Positions 22,668 to 34,520 of a stretch of DNA of 64,000 bases are shown here, one piece after another. A program made the position numbers and the translations under genes. The stretch is from an uncultured Acidobacteriota bacterium (GTDB lineage: Bacteria > Acidobacteriota > Thermoanaerobaculia > UBA5066 > DATFVB01): assembly GCA_963813155.1 (NCBI GenBank), contig CAWEYG010000002.1, forward strand, positions 256,001 through 320,000, read 5' to 3'. Within the stretch, counting starts at the first letter, position 1; each line of letters begins with the position of its first letter. Under the pieces are notes generated by a model. It was not told where the DNA came from. It worked only from the letters and a program-made list of their open reading frames with translations, and ran no database searches.

Positions 22668-23181
22668 ATGGGCACCGTGACCCGGCCTGAAACGAAAGCA
22701 TCAAAGGCTCCGCTCGTCGGAATCGTCATGGGGAGCAAGTCCGACTGGGAGACGATGCGGGCGGCCGACGACATCCTCACGCAGCTCGGCGTCGCCCACG
22801 AAGTGCCGGGTCGTCTCGGCGCACCGCACGCCGAAATGGATGGCGGAGTACGCCTCGACCGCCGAGTCGCGCGGCCTCGAGCGTGATCATCGCCGGCGCG
22901 GGCGGCGCCGCGCACCTGCCCGGCATGATCGCGTCTCAGACCGCGCTGCCGGTGCTCGGCGTGCCGGTGGAGAGCCACGCGCTGCACGGCCTCGATTCGC
23001 TCCTCTCGATCGTGCAGATGCCGGGCGGCGTGCCGGTCGCGCACGCTTCGCCATCGGCAAGGCGGGCGCGACCAACGCGGCGCTCTCGCCGTTCCGTCCT
23101 GGCCGCGGACGCGCCGAAGCTGCGAGAAGAAGCTCGCCGCTTCCGGGACGCCCAGACGCGCCGGGTCCGGAAGGAGAGGCT

Positions 23182-23185
<4 letters not shown>
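22668..23185 (+). CDS. purE: N5-CAIR mutase (frameshifted)
   Basis: [42 protein letters not shown]. Confidence 0.9.
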
Positions 23186-24339
<1,154 letters not shown>

Positions 24340-24343
<4 letters not shown>

Positions 24344-24720
24344 CCGAGCGCCGCGAACCCTCGATCCGCGTGGTCCTGATGCCGAAGGACACGAATGCCC
24401 ACGGCACGATCTTCGGCGGCGTCATTCTTTCTTACATCGACCAGGCGGGGGCCGTCGAGGCGAAGCAGCACGGCGCGGACCAGATCGTGACGATCGCCAT
24501 GCGCGAGGTGGTGTTCCACGAGCCCGTCTACGTCGGCGACCTCGTTTCTTTCTACACGCGGCTGATCCGGCTCGGGAACACGTCCATCACGGTCGCGGTC
24601 GAGGTCGTCGCGACGCGCGGGGACGACGTGTCCCGGCACGTCAAAGTCACCGAGGCCGAAGTGACGTTCGTGAACCTGGGCCCGGACCGCAAGCCGAAGC
24701 CGATCCCGCAGAACAAGTAG
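24340..24720 (+). CDS. Acyl-CoA thioesterase (YciA hotdog family)
   Basis: MPKDTNAHGTIFGGVILSYID, FHEPVYVGD; ATGA overlap with purK. Confidence 0.92.
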
Positions 24721-24729
24721 GCCGAATCA

Positions 24730-25012
24730 CCGTGCACTCGAGCGGTCCGCTCGCAACACCTTCTCGTCGCGGGCGCGAAACTCGCCGTGTTTTGATGGCC
24801 TCGCCATCCGCGGTTCCCGACTGCGGCTCGGCCATATCCGGTCGCTCAGACAACGACGCCCGACTCCTCGAAGGGTCGCTCGCGGACCTCGAGTCCTGCG
24901 GGTGGCGCGGGGGGAGACCCCTTTGCCGCTCGCGGCGCGAAGTCGTAGCAAAGTCCTCAAACCCGCAGCGAGCGGAAAAGCGGGTCGAGCCCCGTGACAG
25001 GACCCGCTCCCT
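24730..25012. repeat. Structured intergenic element between convergent genes
   Basis: Nested inverted repeats actcgag..gtccgc/gcggacctcgagt, cgggcg/cgcccg, atggcc/ggccat, ctgcgggt/acccgcag, ccgctcgc/gcgagcgg. Confidence 0.5.
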
Positions 25013-25030
25013 GGTGGCCTGCCCGGCTCT

Positions 25031-25513
25031 CTACAGCTTCGCGGCCATCTCCGGCGAGAGGAGGTAGATCAGCTTTCCCGGCGGAGAGGCGTGCGAGCCC
25101 GCGAACTTGATCCGGGCCAGCGAGGCTTTCCGCATCGGGATCGAGCCTCCGTCGCGCCCGGAAACGCACAACGACAAGAGCTCGCCCAGGTGAGGCTGAT
25201 GGCCGACGAGCAGCACGTCCCCCGGCTGCCGGCCCGAGATTTCGTCGAGCACGCGGGCGACGGGCGCCTCGGACAGGAGCGAGGAGGTTTCCCGAATCTC
25301 CGCGTTCGGAAATTCCTTCGCGGCGAAGGACGCGGTTTCCGCGGCCCGCGCCATCGGGCTGTGCCAGATCGCCTCGATCTTTTCGAGGCGGGCGAGCAGC
25401 GCCGCAACGGCCTTCGCCGAATCCCTGCCCTTTCGCGTCAGCACACGGTCTTCGTCCTTGCCCGACGAAGACCGGTCTTCGGCTTCGGCATGGCGGAACA
25501 GGAAGAGGTTCAC
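25031..25513 (-). CDS. sixA: Phosphohistidine phosphatase SixA
   Basis: LFRHAEAE, D.DRVLT.KG, HSPMARA.ETA, LLVGHQPHL. Confidence 0.88.
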   Translation of the reverse strand: MNLFLFRHAEAEDRSSSGKDEDRVLTRKGRDSAKAVAALLARLEKIEAIWHSPMARAAETASFAAKEFPNAEIRETSSLLSEAPVARVLDEISGRQPGDVLLVGHQPHLGELLSLCVSGRDGGSIPMRKASLARIKFAGSHASPPGKLIYLLSPEMAAKL

Positions 25514-25524
25514 GGCGCGCCGCC

Positions 25525-26455
25525 TCAGTTGGGCGGCGGAGGCGGAGTCTCCTCGTGCACGCTCGGGACGTACGGGATGTGGTTGTCGTCGGGCGGCGAC
25601 GTCGGCGAGTTCGCGGCCGGGGCCGCATAGCCCTGGACGCGGAGTGTACGTCGGCGGCGCGGGCGCTGCGGCGGGAGGCGCGGCCGGCGCGGGCGCGGGC
25701 GCCGTCGCAGCGGCCTCCGCCGAATGCTTCGCCATGACCGACGCGGCTTCTCCCGACTTCTCCGCCTTCGCCGTCGTGACGGCCGAAGACCACTTCGGCA
25801 CGAAGCGAAGCGAGGCCGCCCGCGCGGGCATCGCGAGGGTCGCGGTGAACGTCGTGACGGAGCCGGCTTCGAGAGTTCCCGCGGCGACGTTCGCGCTCGT
25901 CGAGGCGAGCGTCTTGCCCTTGTCGTCTTTTCCCATCACGAGCATCGAGATCCCGTCCGCCGAAGCGGAGCCGGCATTTCGCAAATTTCCCTTGACCGAC
26001 AGCGAACCGTTCTCCGCCTTCTGTTCCCAATCGACGACCTCGACGCGGGCGTCTCCGTCGCCGGCTTCCTTCGTCCCCTCGTCCGCCGCGACGTACGGAT
26101 GCGAGACCTCGTCGTCGCCGACCTTGAGCCGGGCTTTCGGCGCGTTCTTCTGGGCGCGCGCCGCGTCCGCGGGGGAAACGACCGGCTCCGCGGCATCGTC
26201 GCTCTTCTTCGCGACGCTGCGGGCGCGCGCGGCCTGCGTCGCGGCGCGGTCGATTTCCGCCGCGGCGACCGAGAGAACGGTGCCGTCCTTCAACGTCAAG
26301 ACGGCCTGCGAGCCGCGAACGACGTACGGTTTCGAAAGCTCGAGAGTCTTGCCGCCCCGCAGGACGATGAGCTCGGAAGCCGTGGCGGCCGAGCCGACGG
26401 CGAGAAGAGCTGCGATGCCGAGCGCGAAGATCCGGATCGAAAGGACTCTGGTCAT
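25525..26455 (-). CDS. Secreted protein with FxLYD-like Ig domain and Pro-rich tail (frameshift near 25630)
   Basis: Signal peptide; VKGNLRN...DDKGKTL...LEAGS..TF pattern; restored tail ends ...ETPPPPPN-stop at 25525. Confidence 0.6.
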
Positions 26456-26508
26456 GGTTACCCCCGGTCAAAAATTTTACACCCGTTTCCATGCGATACT
26501 CTCCCGCG

Positions 26509-28998
26509 ATGCTCAACCGGCTGCGGAGCACCCTGTCGGCCGAAGATCGACTCCTGCTGGACCGCGTCCGAGAAAAACAGTGGAAATCCTCCGCCGAGCG
26601 GGACGACCTGCTTCGCCAGGTCTCCGCGGTGAAGGGCCTCTCCTCCGACGACATCTCGGGTCTCCTGATCGAAGCCGACCCCGCCGTCCGGTCGGCCGGG
26701 CTCGCGATTCTCGAGTCGCTGCCGAAGGACTCGGCCGGCGCGTCTCTCCTGTTCACGCTCACGAAGCAGCCGGAGGCGGCCCAGAAGAAGACTTTCGAGA
26801 TGTACGTCGCGACGGCGGGAGGCGAGATCACGCCCGACCGCTTCGCCGAGCTCGTCGCGGATCGTCGGCCCCAGGTCGTGACGGCCGCGATCGATTGGGT
26901 CCACGAGCACCCGAATCCGAAATACCTGGCCATGCTTTCGCTGCCGCTCTCCTCGGGGGCGCAGATTCCGCTTCGCCGAAAAGCCCTCCAGGTGATCGAA
27001 CAAATCGGCACGCCGCTCGCGGCGAAGACCGCCGCGGTGGCCGCCGAGGACGAGGACGAAGAGGTCCGGTTCCGCGCGATCGGGCTCGTCGCGAAATTCG
27101 CCGGCGAGGAGTTTCTGCCGCTCCTCCTGAAAGCCGCCGCAGACCCCTCGGCGCGCATCCAGCAGATCGCGGCCCAGGGGGCCCGTCCGCTGCTCTCGAG
27201 CGGCAGCTCGTCCTGGCCGACGCACGTGATCCCCCTGCTCGCGGACACGAACGCCCGCGTGCGCGAAAACGCGATCCAGCTGCTCAAGCCGCAGGACCCG
27301 GCCTTGATCGCCGCCGCTTTCGCCGCGTCGTTCTCGAACGTTTTTGGCCCTCTCCGCGAGCGGGGCATCGTCGCCTTCCAGGGCCTCGGAGACCGCTTTC
27401 TCCTCGCGCTCGCGGCGATCGCCGACGATCCTCACGCGGACAGGGCTGTCGCCGCCTTCGCCGCGACCCTCGCCGTCTCCGTCCGGTCGGAGAAAATCGT
27501 CCCGCTCTGCATCCGCCTCCTGAAAGAGCACGACTGGTGGCTGCGGCACCGGGCGTCCGAGGCGCTCTCGGAAATCAAGGACGAGCGCGGACTGGCGCCG
27601 CTGATCGAGATGCTCGGCGATCGGGAGTCGGACCTGACGGCCGCGGCGGCCCTCGGGTCCTGGGGCACGCCGAAGGCGCTCCCCGGCCTGCTCGAAGCGT
27701 ACAAGAAGGGCGCGATCGACCTTCGGCTCGAAATTCTCGAAGCGTTCTCGAAGATCCCGGACGCCCGCGTGCCGGCGCTGCTCCAGAACATCGTCGGCGT
27801 CGATCCCGAGCCCGTCGTTCGGGAAAAGGCGGCCAAGCTTCTCCGGGTGCGCCAGGGACTGGGCGGCGAGGGCGACGACGCGCCGGCGGCCCAGAAGCCG
27901 TCTCCCGTGGATTTCCGGAGCCTTCCGGAGATCGGCCTCGCCGACCTCCTTCGGCACGCGCGCGCCGTGGACGCATCGGACCTGCATTTCGCCGTCAACG
28001 CGATTCCCCACCTGCGGATTCGCGGGGAAATGACGCCGCTGCCGATCGCTCCGTTGACCGAGGAAGCGACCGAGCGGATGATCTTTCCCATCCTCTCCGA
28101 CGCGCAGCGCGCCCAGCTGATCGAGGAGAGGAGCTTCGATTTCTGCTATAAGGCGGGTCCGCTGGGCCGGTTCCGCACGAATTTCTTCTTTCAGCGAAAG
28201 GGCCTCGACGCGGTCTTCCGCCTCATCCCGACGCACGTCCCGACGGTCGAAGACCTCGGGCTTCCCGAATCGCTCTGGGAGCTGACCGAATACTCGCAGG
28301 GCCTCGTGCTCGTGACGGGCCCTTCGGGCTGCGGAAAGACGACGACCCTCGCGGCCTTCATCGACCGGATCAACCGGAAGGAGGCCTCCCACATCATCAC
28401 GGTCGAAGACCCGATCGAGTACGTCCATCTCAACCGCGTGTCGCTCGTCAACCAGAGGGAAGTCGGGACCCACACCGAGTCGTTCGCGAAGGCGCTTCGC
28501 CAGTCGCTGCGCGAAGACCCCGACGTGATCATGGTCGGAGAGATGCGGGACCTCGAGACGATCTCGCTCGCGATCACCGCGTCGGAAACGGGGCACCTCG
28601 TCTTCGGAACGCTGCACACCGCGACCGCGGCGGGCACGATCGACCGCGTGATCGACGCCTTCCCCGCCGGCCAGCAGGGTCATGTCCGCCAGATGCTCGC
28701 GGATTCTCTCAAGGGCGTGATCGCGCAGACGCTTCTTCCCCGCCGCGACGGCAGGGGCCGCGTCGCCGCCTTCGAGATCCTTCGCAACACCCCGAACCTC
28801 GCCGGCCTGATCCGCGAGGCGAAGGGCCATCAGATTCCGTCCGCGATCCAGACGGGATCCGCCTCGGGAATGCAGACCCTGGACGCCGCGATGTTGAAGC
28901 TCGTGCAGGACGGAATCGCGGACCCCCGCGCGGCGTACGACCGCGCGAGCCGCAAGGAAGCGTTCGAGCCGTTCCTGGGACCGGAGGCCGTCGGGTGA
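26509..28998 (+). CDS. HEAT-repeat / PilT-family retraction ATPase fusion
   Basis: ~450 aa of HEAT-like repeats (EADPAVRSAG, DEDEEVRFRA, DTNARVRENA, DWWLRHRASEAL), then ASDLHF, GPSGCGKTT, TVEDPIE, LREDPDVIMVGEMRD, TGHLVFGTLHT. Confidence 0.92.
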   Translation: MLNRLRSTLSAEDRLLLDRVREKQWKSSAERDDLLRQVSAVKGLSSDDISGLLIEADPAVRSAGLAILESLPKDSAGASLLFTLTKQPEAAQKKTFEMYVATAGGEITPDRFAELVADRRPQVVTAAIDWVHEHPNPKYLAMLSLPLSSGAQIPLRRKALQVIEQIGTPLAAKTAAVAAEDEDEEVRFRAIGLVAKFAGEEFLPLLLKAAADPSARIQQIAAQGARPLLSSGSSSWPTHVIPLLADTNARVRENAIQLLKPQDPALIAAAFAASFSNVFGPLRERGIVAFQGLGDRFLLALAAIADDPHADRAVAAFAATLAVSVRSEKIVPLCIRLLKEHDWWLRHRASEALSEIKDERGLAPLIEMLGDRESDLTAAAALGSWGTPKALPGLLEAYKKGAIDLRLEILEAFSKIPDARVPALLQNIVGVDPEPVVREKAAKLLRVRQGLGGEGDDAPAAQKPSPVDFRSLPEIGLADLLRHARAVDASDLHFAVNAIPHLRIRGEMTPLPIAPLTEEATERMIFPILSDAQRAQLIEERSFDFCYKAGPLGRFRTNFFFQRKGLDAVFRLIPTHVPTVEDLGLPESLWELTEYSQGLVLVTGPSGCGKTTTLAAFIDRINRKEASHIITVEDPIEYVHLNRVSLVNQREVGTHTESFAKALRQSLREDPDVIMVGEMRDLETISLAITASETGHLVFGTLHTATAAGTIDRVIDAFPAGQQGHVRQMLADSLKGVIAQTLLPRRDGRGRVAAFEILRNTPNLAGLIREAKGHQIPSAIQTGSASGMQTLDAAMLKLVQDGIADPRAAYDRASRKEAFEPFLGPEAVG

Positions 28999-30104
28999 GC
29001 GACCGAAACGTCAACCAGATCGACCGTTTCCTGTCGATTCTCGTCAAGCGGGGCGGCTCCGACCTGCACATGCCGGTGGGCTCGCCCCCGATCATCCGCA
29101 TCGAAGGGGAAATGGACCGCATCCGCTATCGAAACCTCGGCGAGGGAGATTTTTACAACATGCTCTCGGCGATCACGCCTCCCGAGCTCTGGGAGAGATT
29201 TCAGGCGACGGGCGACGTCGATTTCGCTTACCAGATGGGCAACGAAGCCCGTTTCCGCGCGAACCTCTTCAAACAGGAACACGGCTCCGCCGCGCTCTTC
29301 CGGCTGATTCCGCCGAAAGTTCCAACGGTCGAAGAGCTCGGACTTCCTCCCGCGATCGCGAATCTCGCTTTCAATTCGCGGGGACTCGTTCTCGTCACCG
29401 GACCGACGGGCTCGGGAAAGTCGACGACCCTCGCGGCGATCCTCGACCGGATGAACAAGAAGCTCAATCGCCACATCGTGACGATCGAAGACCCCGTCGA
29501 GTTCGTCTACGTCAACGACAAGGCGGTCTTCACCCAGCGGGAGATCGGTTCCGACGTCTCCGATTTCGCGAGCGGCGTGAAGGCCGCGCTGCGGGAAGAC
29601 CCCGACGCGCTGCTCGTCGGCGAGATGCGCGACCTCGAGACGATCCGGATGGCGCTGACGGCCGCCGAAACCGGCCTGCTCGTCTTCGCCACCCTGCACA
29701 CGAACTCCGCGGCGAAAGTCATCGACCGCGTCATCAACGCCTTTCCGAACGAGGAGCAGGATCAGATCCGGGTCGTCCTCTCGGAATCCCTCAAGGCCGT
29801 CATCGCCCAGCAGCTCCTGAGGAAGACGGGCGGCGGCAGGATCGCGGCATTCGAGGTACTGCTCGGGTCTTCCGCCCTCTCGAACTCGATCCGAGAGGGC
29901 AAGACCTCGCTCATCAACGCCCAGATTCAGACGGGCCGGAGCCGCGGGATGATCTCGATGGACCAGTCGCTCCAGGAGCTCGTCAGGGCCGGATTCGTGA
30001 CGCACGAACAGGCGCTCGAACGCGCGCTCGACAAGGAGACGTTCAAGGCCTTCCTGACGGGCGTCAAGACGCGCTCTCCCGCCGCTGTTCCGCCGACCGC
30101 CTAG
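28995..30104 (+). CDS. pilT: Type IV pilus retraction ATPase
   Basis: [41 protein letters not shown]; GTGA overlap with upstream fusion gene. Confidence 0.93.
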   Translation: MSDRNVNQIDRFLSILVKRGGSDLHMPVGSPPIIRIEGEMDRIRYRNLGEGDFYNMLSAITPPELWERFQATGDVDFAYQMGNEARFRANLFKQEHGSAALFRLIPPKVPTVEELGLPPAIANLAFNSRGLVLVTGPTGSGKSTTLAAILDRMNKKLNRHIVTIEDPVEFVYVNDKAVFTQREIGSDVSDFASGVKAALREDPDALLVGEMRDLETIRMALTAAETGLLVFATLHTNSAAKVIDRVINAFPNEEQDQIRVVLSESLKAVIAQQLLRKTGGGRIAAFEVLLGSSALSNSIREGKTSLINAQIQTGRSRGMISMDQSLQELVRAGFVTHEQALERALDKETFKAFLTGVKTRSPAAVPPTA

Positions 30105-31573
30105 CGCGGGCGGAGCCGCCGGATTCCTTCCGCCCCGAAATCCTCGGCGAAATGGTGGGACTCCAGGAACGCCGGGAGCAGCCGGCCCGGCGTCTCGAGC
30201 GGAGTCCCGCTCCCCCTCAAAACGATCGTCTCGGGATGGTCGCGCAGGATTCGCACCTGTTCTTCCTCGAGGCCGCCGACGAGGTAGTGCACCCAGAGGT
30301 CGGGATTGGAGTACAGCCCTCCCGGAGGAACGCGCCGGGAGCGGATGAAAAGATTCTGATCGACGCCGTAAAGAAAGAGCGGCGCAGAAGGCAACCCGGC
30401 GAGCCGCGCGAGCGCGTCGTCGTCCTCCTTCGAGCTCCAGAAGCTCATTTCTCCCGCCGACGTGTCGGTCGCGAGAAACGCGCCGTTCAGCACGATCGAA
30501 AGGCCGACGGCGATCGCGGGCGCCAGTTGTGGGAGGCTCGAAGCCGCCCGCGAGCTTCGGTCCCTCTGAGCCTTCCACTCCCCGAGGGAAAGCGGACTGC
30601 GGCGCGAGGGTCGAGGACGGATTAGGCGAACCCGGGCCTTCCGGAGCACATAGCCTCCCCTGCAGCCACCGCGAGGAGCGGGACGGCCGCGACGAGATGA
30701 ACCATCTCGAAATGCGGAAACGCGAGCAGCGCGAAGCCGGCGGCCAGACCCGCGAGGAGAAGTGCGCCGTCGCGATCGCCGCTGCGCCGGAACGCGAGCG
30801 CGATCAAGGCGGCGAGCGGAAGGATGCCGGCCAGAACGATTTCCGCCTGCTCGGGCTGAATTCCCAGCAGACGTCCGCCCCCGGTAGAAGAGGATCGGCA
30901 CCCCGAGCGTCCAGCGCAGGAAGTCGCGCCCGGCTCCAGCCGCCAGAAAGAACAGGAAGAAGGCGGACGGAATCGCGGCGGCCCGCATCACGAACGACGC
31001 GAGAAGGCGGCGTCTCCGGAACGCGACCCACGCGGAGGCGAAGAGAAACGCGAAGAGGGCCGGCTGCTTGATCGAGAGCGCGGCACCGAACATCCAGCCG
31101 GCAAAACGAATGTCCCGCGTCCTCTCCCCGGAGGAGCGCCGAAAAAATCGGAATGGCGAGGGCGGCCAGGAAAACTTCCGGATAGATCGCGTTCCCGTCC
31201 CAGGCGAAGTACAGGAGCACGAACAGAAGCCCCGCGCATCCGTGGGCCAGGGCGCTCCATCCGCGGGCTCTGGCCGTGCCGGCGCAGAGCGAAAAGGACC
31301 GCGGCGACGGGAAGGAGGCCGAGAAGCCGAAGACTTCCGCCGGTGAACCCGATCGTCCGGGAAACGCCGGCGAGAAACGCGATCGAAAGGGGCGAGTGGA
31401 CGACTTTGATGTCGCGGTACAGCAACCAGCCCCGCCCGCACAGGTACGAGGGAACGAGGACCTCGGGCCAGGCCCGGAATCGGATTCGAAGGCTCAGGAC
31501 GGACGCGACCGCGAAGAAGAAGATCGAAAACGCCCACTCCGGCGATCCGCTCGCGCCTCGGGCGGGCCCTCAC
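30101..31573 (-). CDS. Multi-pass GT-C type membrane glycosyltransferase (frameshifted)
   Basis: [14 protein letters not shown] loop, YPE, IKQP motif, many TM segments across frames; GTGA overlap with pilD stop. Confidence 0.6.
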   Translation of the reverse strand: MRARPRRERIAGVGVFDLLLRGRVRPEPSNPIPGLARGPRSLVPVRAGLVAVPRHQSRPLAPFDRVSRRRFPDDRVHRRKSSASRPPSRRRGPFRSAPARPEPADGAPWPTDARGFCSCSCTSPGTGTRSIRKFSWPPSPFRFFRRSSGERTRDIRFAGWMFGAALSIKQPALFAFLFASAWVAFRRRRLLASFVMRAAAIPSAFFLFFLAAGAGRDFLRWTLGVPILFYRGRTSAGNSARAGGNRSGRHPSARRLDRARVPAQRRSRRRTSPRGSGRRLRAARVSAFRDGSSRRGRPAPRGGCRGGYVLRKARVRLIRPRPSRRSPLSLGEWKAQRDRSSRAASSLPQLAPAIAVGLSIVLNGAFLATDTSAGEMSFWSSKEDDDALARLAGLPSAPLFLYGVDQNLFIRSRRVPPGGLYSNPDLWVHYLVGGLEEEQVRILRDHPETIVLRGSGTPLETPGRLLPAFLESHHFAEDFGAEGIRRLRPR

Positions 31574-32338
31574 ACGATGAATCCCCGGTACCACTCCCAG
31601 ACCGGCCGCGCCCAGAAATACGCCGCGATTCCGGCGAGGCCGAGAAAGACGCCAAACGGCAATCGCGTTTTCCAGTCGCCGCCCCGAAACATCATCGCGA
31701 CTCCCACGACGCTTCCCGAGAGCGAGGCGAACAGGACGGTGAAGAGAACGCCCGCCGGACCCGTGAACGCCCCGATCGCTCCGAGCATCTTCACGTCGCC
31801 CAGGCCCATGCCCTCGCGACGGGTCAGCTTTTCGTACGCGAACGCGACCGCCCAGAGAACGCCCGCTCCCGCCGCGAGCCCGAGCACGGACGAGCGCCAC
31901 GGGAGCCTCCCCGAAAAGAAGGAAAACGCGACGCCGGCCGCCGCCAGCGGGAAGGGTGATCGCATCCGGAAGAATCTGGAAGTCGAAATCGATGAAGATG
32001 AGCACGAGACAGGCGGAAAAGAAAACGGCCGCCGCCGCGAAATCGACGCCCGACGCCGCGTTCCGCGCCGCGAACGTCCAGAGAATCGCGTTCGCGAGCT
32101 CGATCGCCGGGTACCTCGCGGAAATCGGCGCGCGGCAATCGCGGCACTTTCCGGCGAGCAGGGCCCACGACAGAACCGGAACGTTGTCCCGCGCCCGGAT
32201 CGGAGCGCCGCAGGCGGGACACCGCGAACCGGGAAAGACGATCGACCTCCCCCGCGGGATCCGGTGAATGCACACGTTCAGGAAGCTCCCCACGAGCAGG
32301 CCCGAGATCGCCGCGAAGAGGACGAAAATCGGGCTCAT
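31570..32338 (-). CDS. pilD: Prepilin peptidase / N-methyltransferase (frameshift near 31960)
   Basis: [51 protein letters not shown]. Confidence 0.93.
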
Positions 32339-34480
32339 CGGGATTCCGTCGTCGCGCTCGCGAAACGACGCCGACCGACGAGGACGAGGAGCACGAGCCC
32401 GGAGCAGGCCGCCCCGGCGTAGAACGGCCACGGCCGATACACCCAGAGGACCCTGTGGTCGCCCCCGGGGACGAGCACGGCGGAAAAGACTCCGTTCGCC
32501 TTTTCGATCTCCGTCGGTCGCCCGTCGATCGACGCGCGCCACCACGGATCCCACGACATCGGGAGATAGAGCCAGGCGTCGCGCGACAGCGTGACGGAAT
32601 ACTCGATGCGTTCGGGAGTCCGGGCGAGCGTCGAGGCGAGCGCGACGTTGCCCGGCGGGAGCCGCGCTCCGGCTTCGATGGACAGGCGGCGGCCCGAGCT
32701 CACGGTGAGCACGCGGCGGAAATCGACGCCGCCGGAGGCGATTTCCTTCAAGGCGGCGAGCGAGTCGCCTTCGGCCCGGTCTCGAAAGAAAAACGTCGCT
32801 CCGGCCAGCGGGTCGGGAACCAGAACGCGGGCCATCTTCTCCCCGCGCGGAAAGCGGACTTCGCCGCAGCCGGAGATCGCCGCCAGCGGCAGGAAGTCCT
32901 TCAGGCCCGTCAAGGACTGCATGAAGACCTGCTGCGAGCGGTTCGGCAGGGCGGCCGCCGTTCGCGCCTTCGCGATGCCGAAGGGAAGGTTCGAGTATCC
33001 GGACAGGGAATCGACCTGCCGGCGCACCCTTCCCGTTTCGTCCGGCAGGGCGCGGCTGGCCCATCCCGAAAGAATCTCGTCCTCCGACGTCAGGACCTTT
33101 CCGCGCGGGGGCAGCGGCTTTCCGAGAAGAGCCGCGAGATCCGCCGTTCGCGACAACGGCAGCGCCGAAGCGGCGAGATGCGCGGCTGCGAACAGCGACG
33201 CGATCGCCGCGAAAAATCCTCTCCGCGCCGGAGAACGGTCCCAGGCGACGAGCGCGAGACCGATGCCGAGCCCCGCGACCGTCGCGCGCCCGGCGGGATC
33301 CGGGCCCGCGAGAAAAATCCCCAGTCCGGCCGAGGCGAGCGCGAGAACACCGGCGAAGACTCTCGTCCGGCCGGAAATCGCGAACCGAAGACCCTCGAGC
33401 CCTTCCGCCGCGAGAAGCGCGACAACGAACAGGGTCAGCGCGAAGAGTTTCGACGGGTACCGGAACGGGCCTTCCAGCGGCAGCATCGCGGCCCCGAGGG
33501 CTCCGGCGGCGAGGGCCGCCCAGACACGCCGTTCCCGCGTTCGCTCCGGCAGCGCGAACGCCGCCAGGCCGAGCAGCGCGATCGGCAGAGAAACGTAGAT
33601 CGTCTGGAGGTACCCGGCTCCCGCGGGCAGCCAGGGCCAATTCGAAAGCGACGGGGCGGTCACGCTCCCCGCGACCTGTCGAATCGTCATCTGGCCGGGC
33701 CACACCGACGATCGGCGCCGCGCGTGAACGAGGGTATCCAGAACGGGAAGAACCTGGACGGCGGCGAGAACGGCGCCGGACCCCGCGGCCCATGCGAAGA
33801 GCCCCCAGCGGCGCCGGCGCACCCGGCCGGTCTCGAGCTGCTCGACGGTCTTCGCGCTTCCATTCGAACAGAAAGATCACGGCCGAAAGAACCAGACCGA
33901 ACAGGGCCATCTCGGGGCTTCCCGCGAGCACGGCGGCCGCGAGGGAAAACGCGAAAGCCGCGCGCTGCCGGCGGGTCGTCAGGCCCAGTTGCGCCGCCCA
34001 GGCCATCGCCGGGATCCACGCGAACCCCGCGAAGTGATTCCAAAGAGCGGACATCGAGACGGCGCCCCCGGACAGGGCGTAGACCGCGCTTCCCAGGACT
34101 GCCGACGGCCGACTCAGGGCGCGGGCCCGAAGGAACCCGAGAAAGCAGAGATCCGCGACGAGGAAATGAAAGAGCAGAAAGGCTCCCGTGGCAACGGCCG
34201 CGTTCCGCGCGAGAAACAGCCAGGCGGGCGGATAGAAGATCTCGTTCTGGCCGTCTCCGATCCACGACTCGCCGTTGCCGGAAAGCGGATTCCAGAGCGG
34301 GAGCGAACCCGCGCGCAAGCGCGCCGCCGTGTAGACGTGCGAGGGAAAGAAAAAGTCGCTCTGATCCCGAAACGTCGGCACCCGGTCGCGGCGGAACGCG
34401 CCCCAGACGAAGCACAGAGCGAGAAGCGCCGGCGCGAGCGAGGCCGCTGCCCCCAACGACCATTTCCGGGAAGGTTGCAC
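32335..34480 (-). CDS. YfhO-family GT-C membrane protein (frameshift near 33830)
   Basis: [23 protein letters not shown]...FYP, FRYPSK, C-terminal W.ASIDG..ANG.F.AV.VP.G.H.V...Y. Confidence 0.8.
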
Positions 34481-34520
34481 GAACGGATTCTAAGGTCGAA
34501 CCATCCTATACTCGCCGGGA

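Noticed and set aside
25031-26455. Secreted protein-SixA fusion (474 aa)
   Set aside because: One indel near 25630 restores a stop at 25525, and sixA has its own GTG start
30101-34480. 1459-aa ORF as a giant YfhO-PilD-GT fusion
   Set aside because: It wanders in and out of three real genes through indels; the intervening stretches are Arg/Pro-rich off-frame sequence
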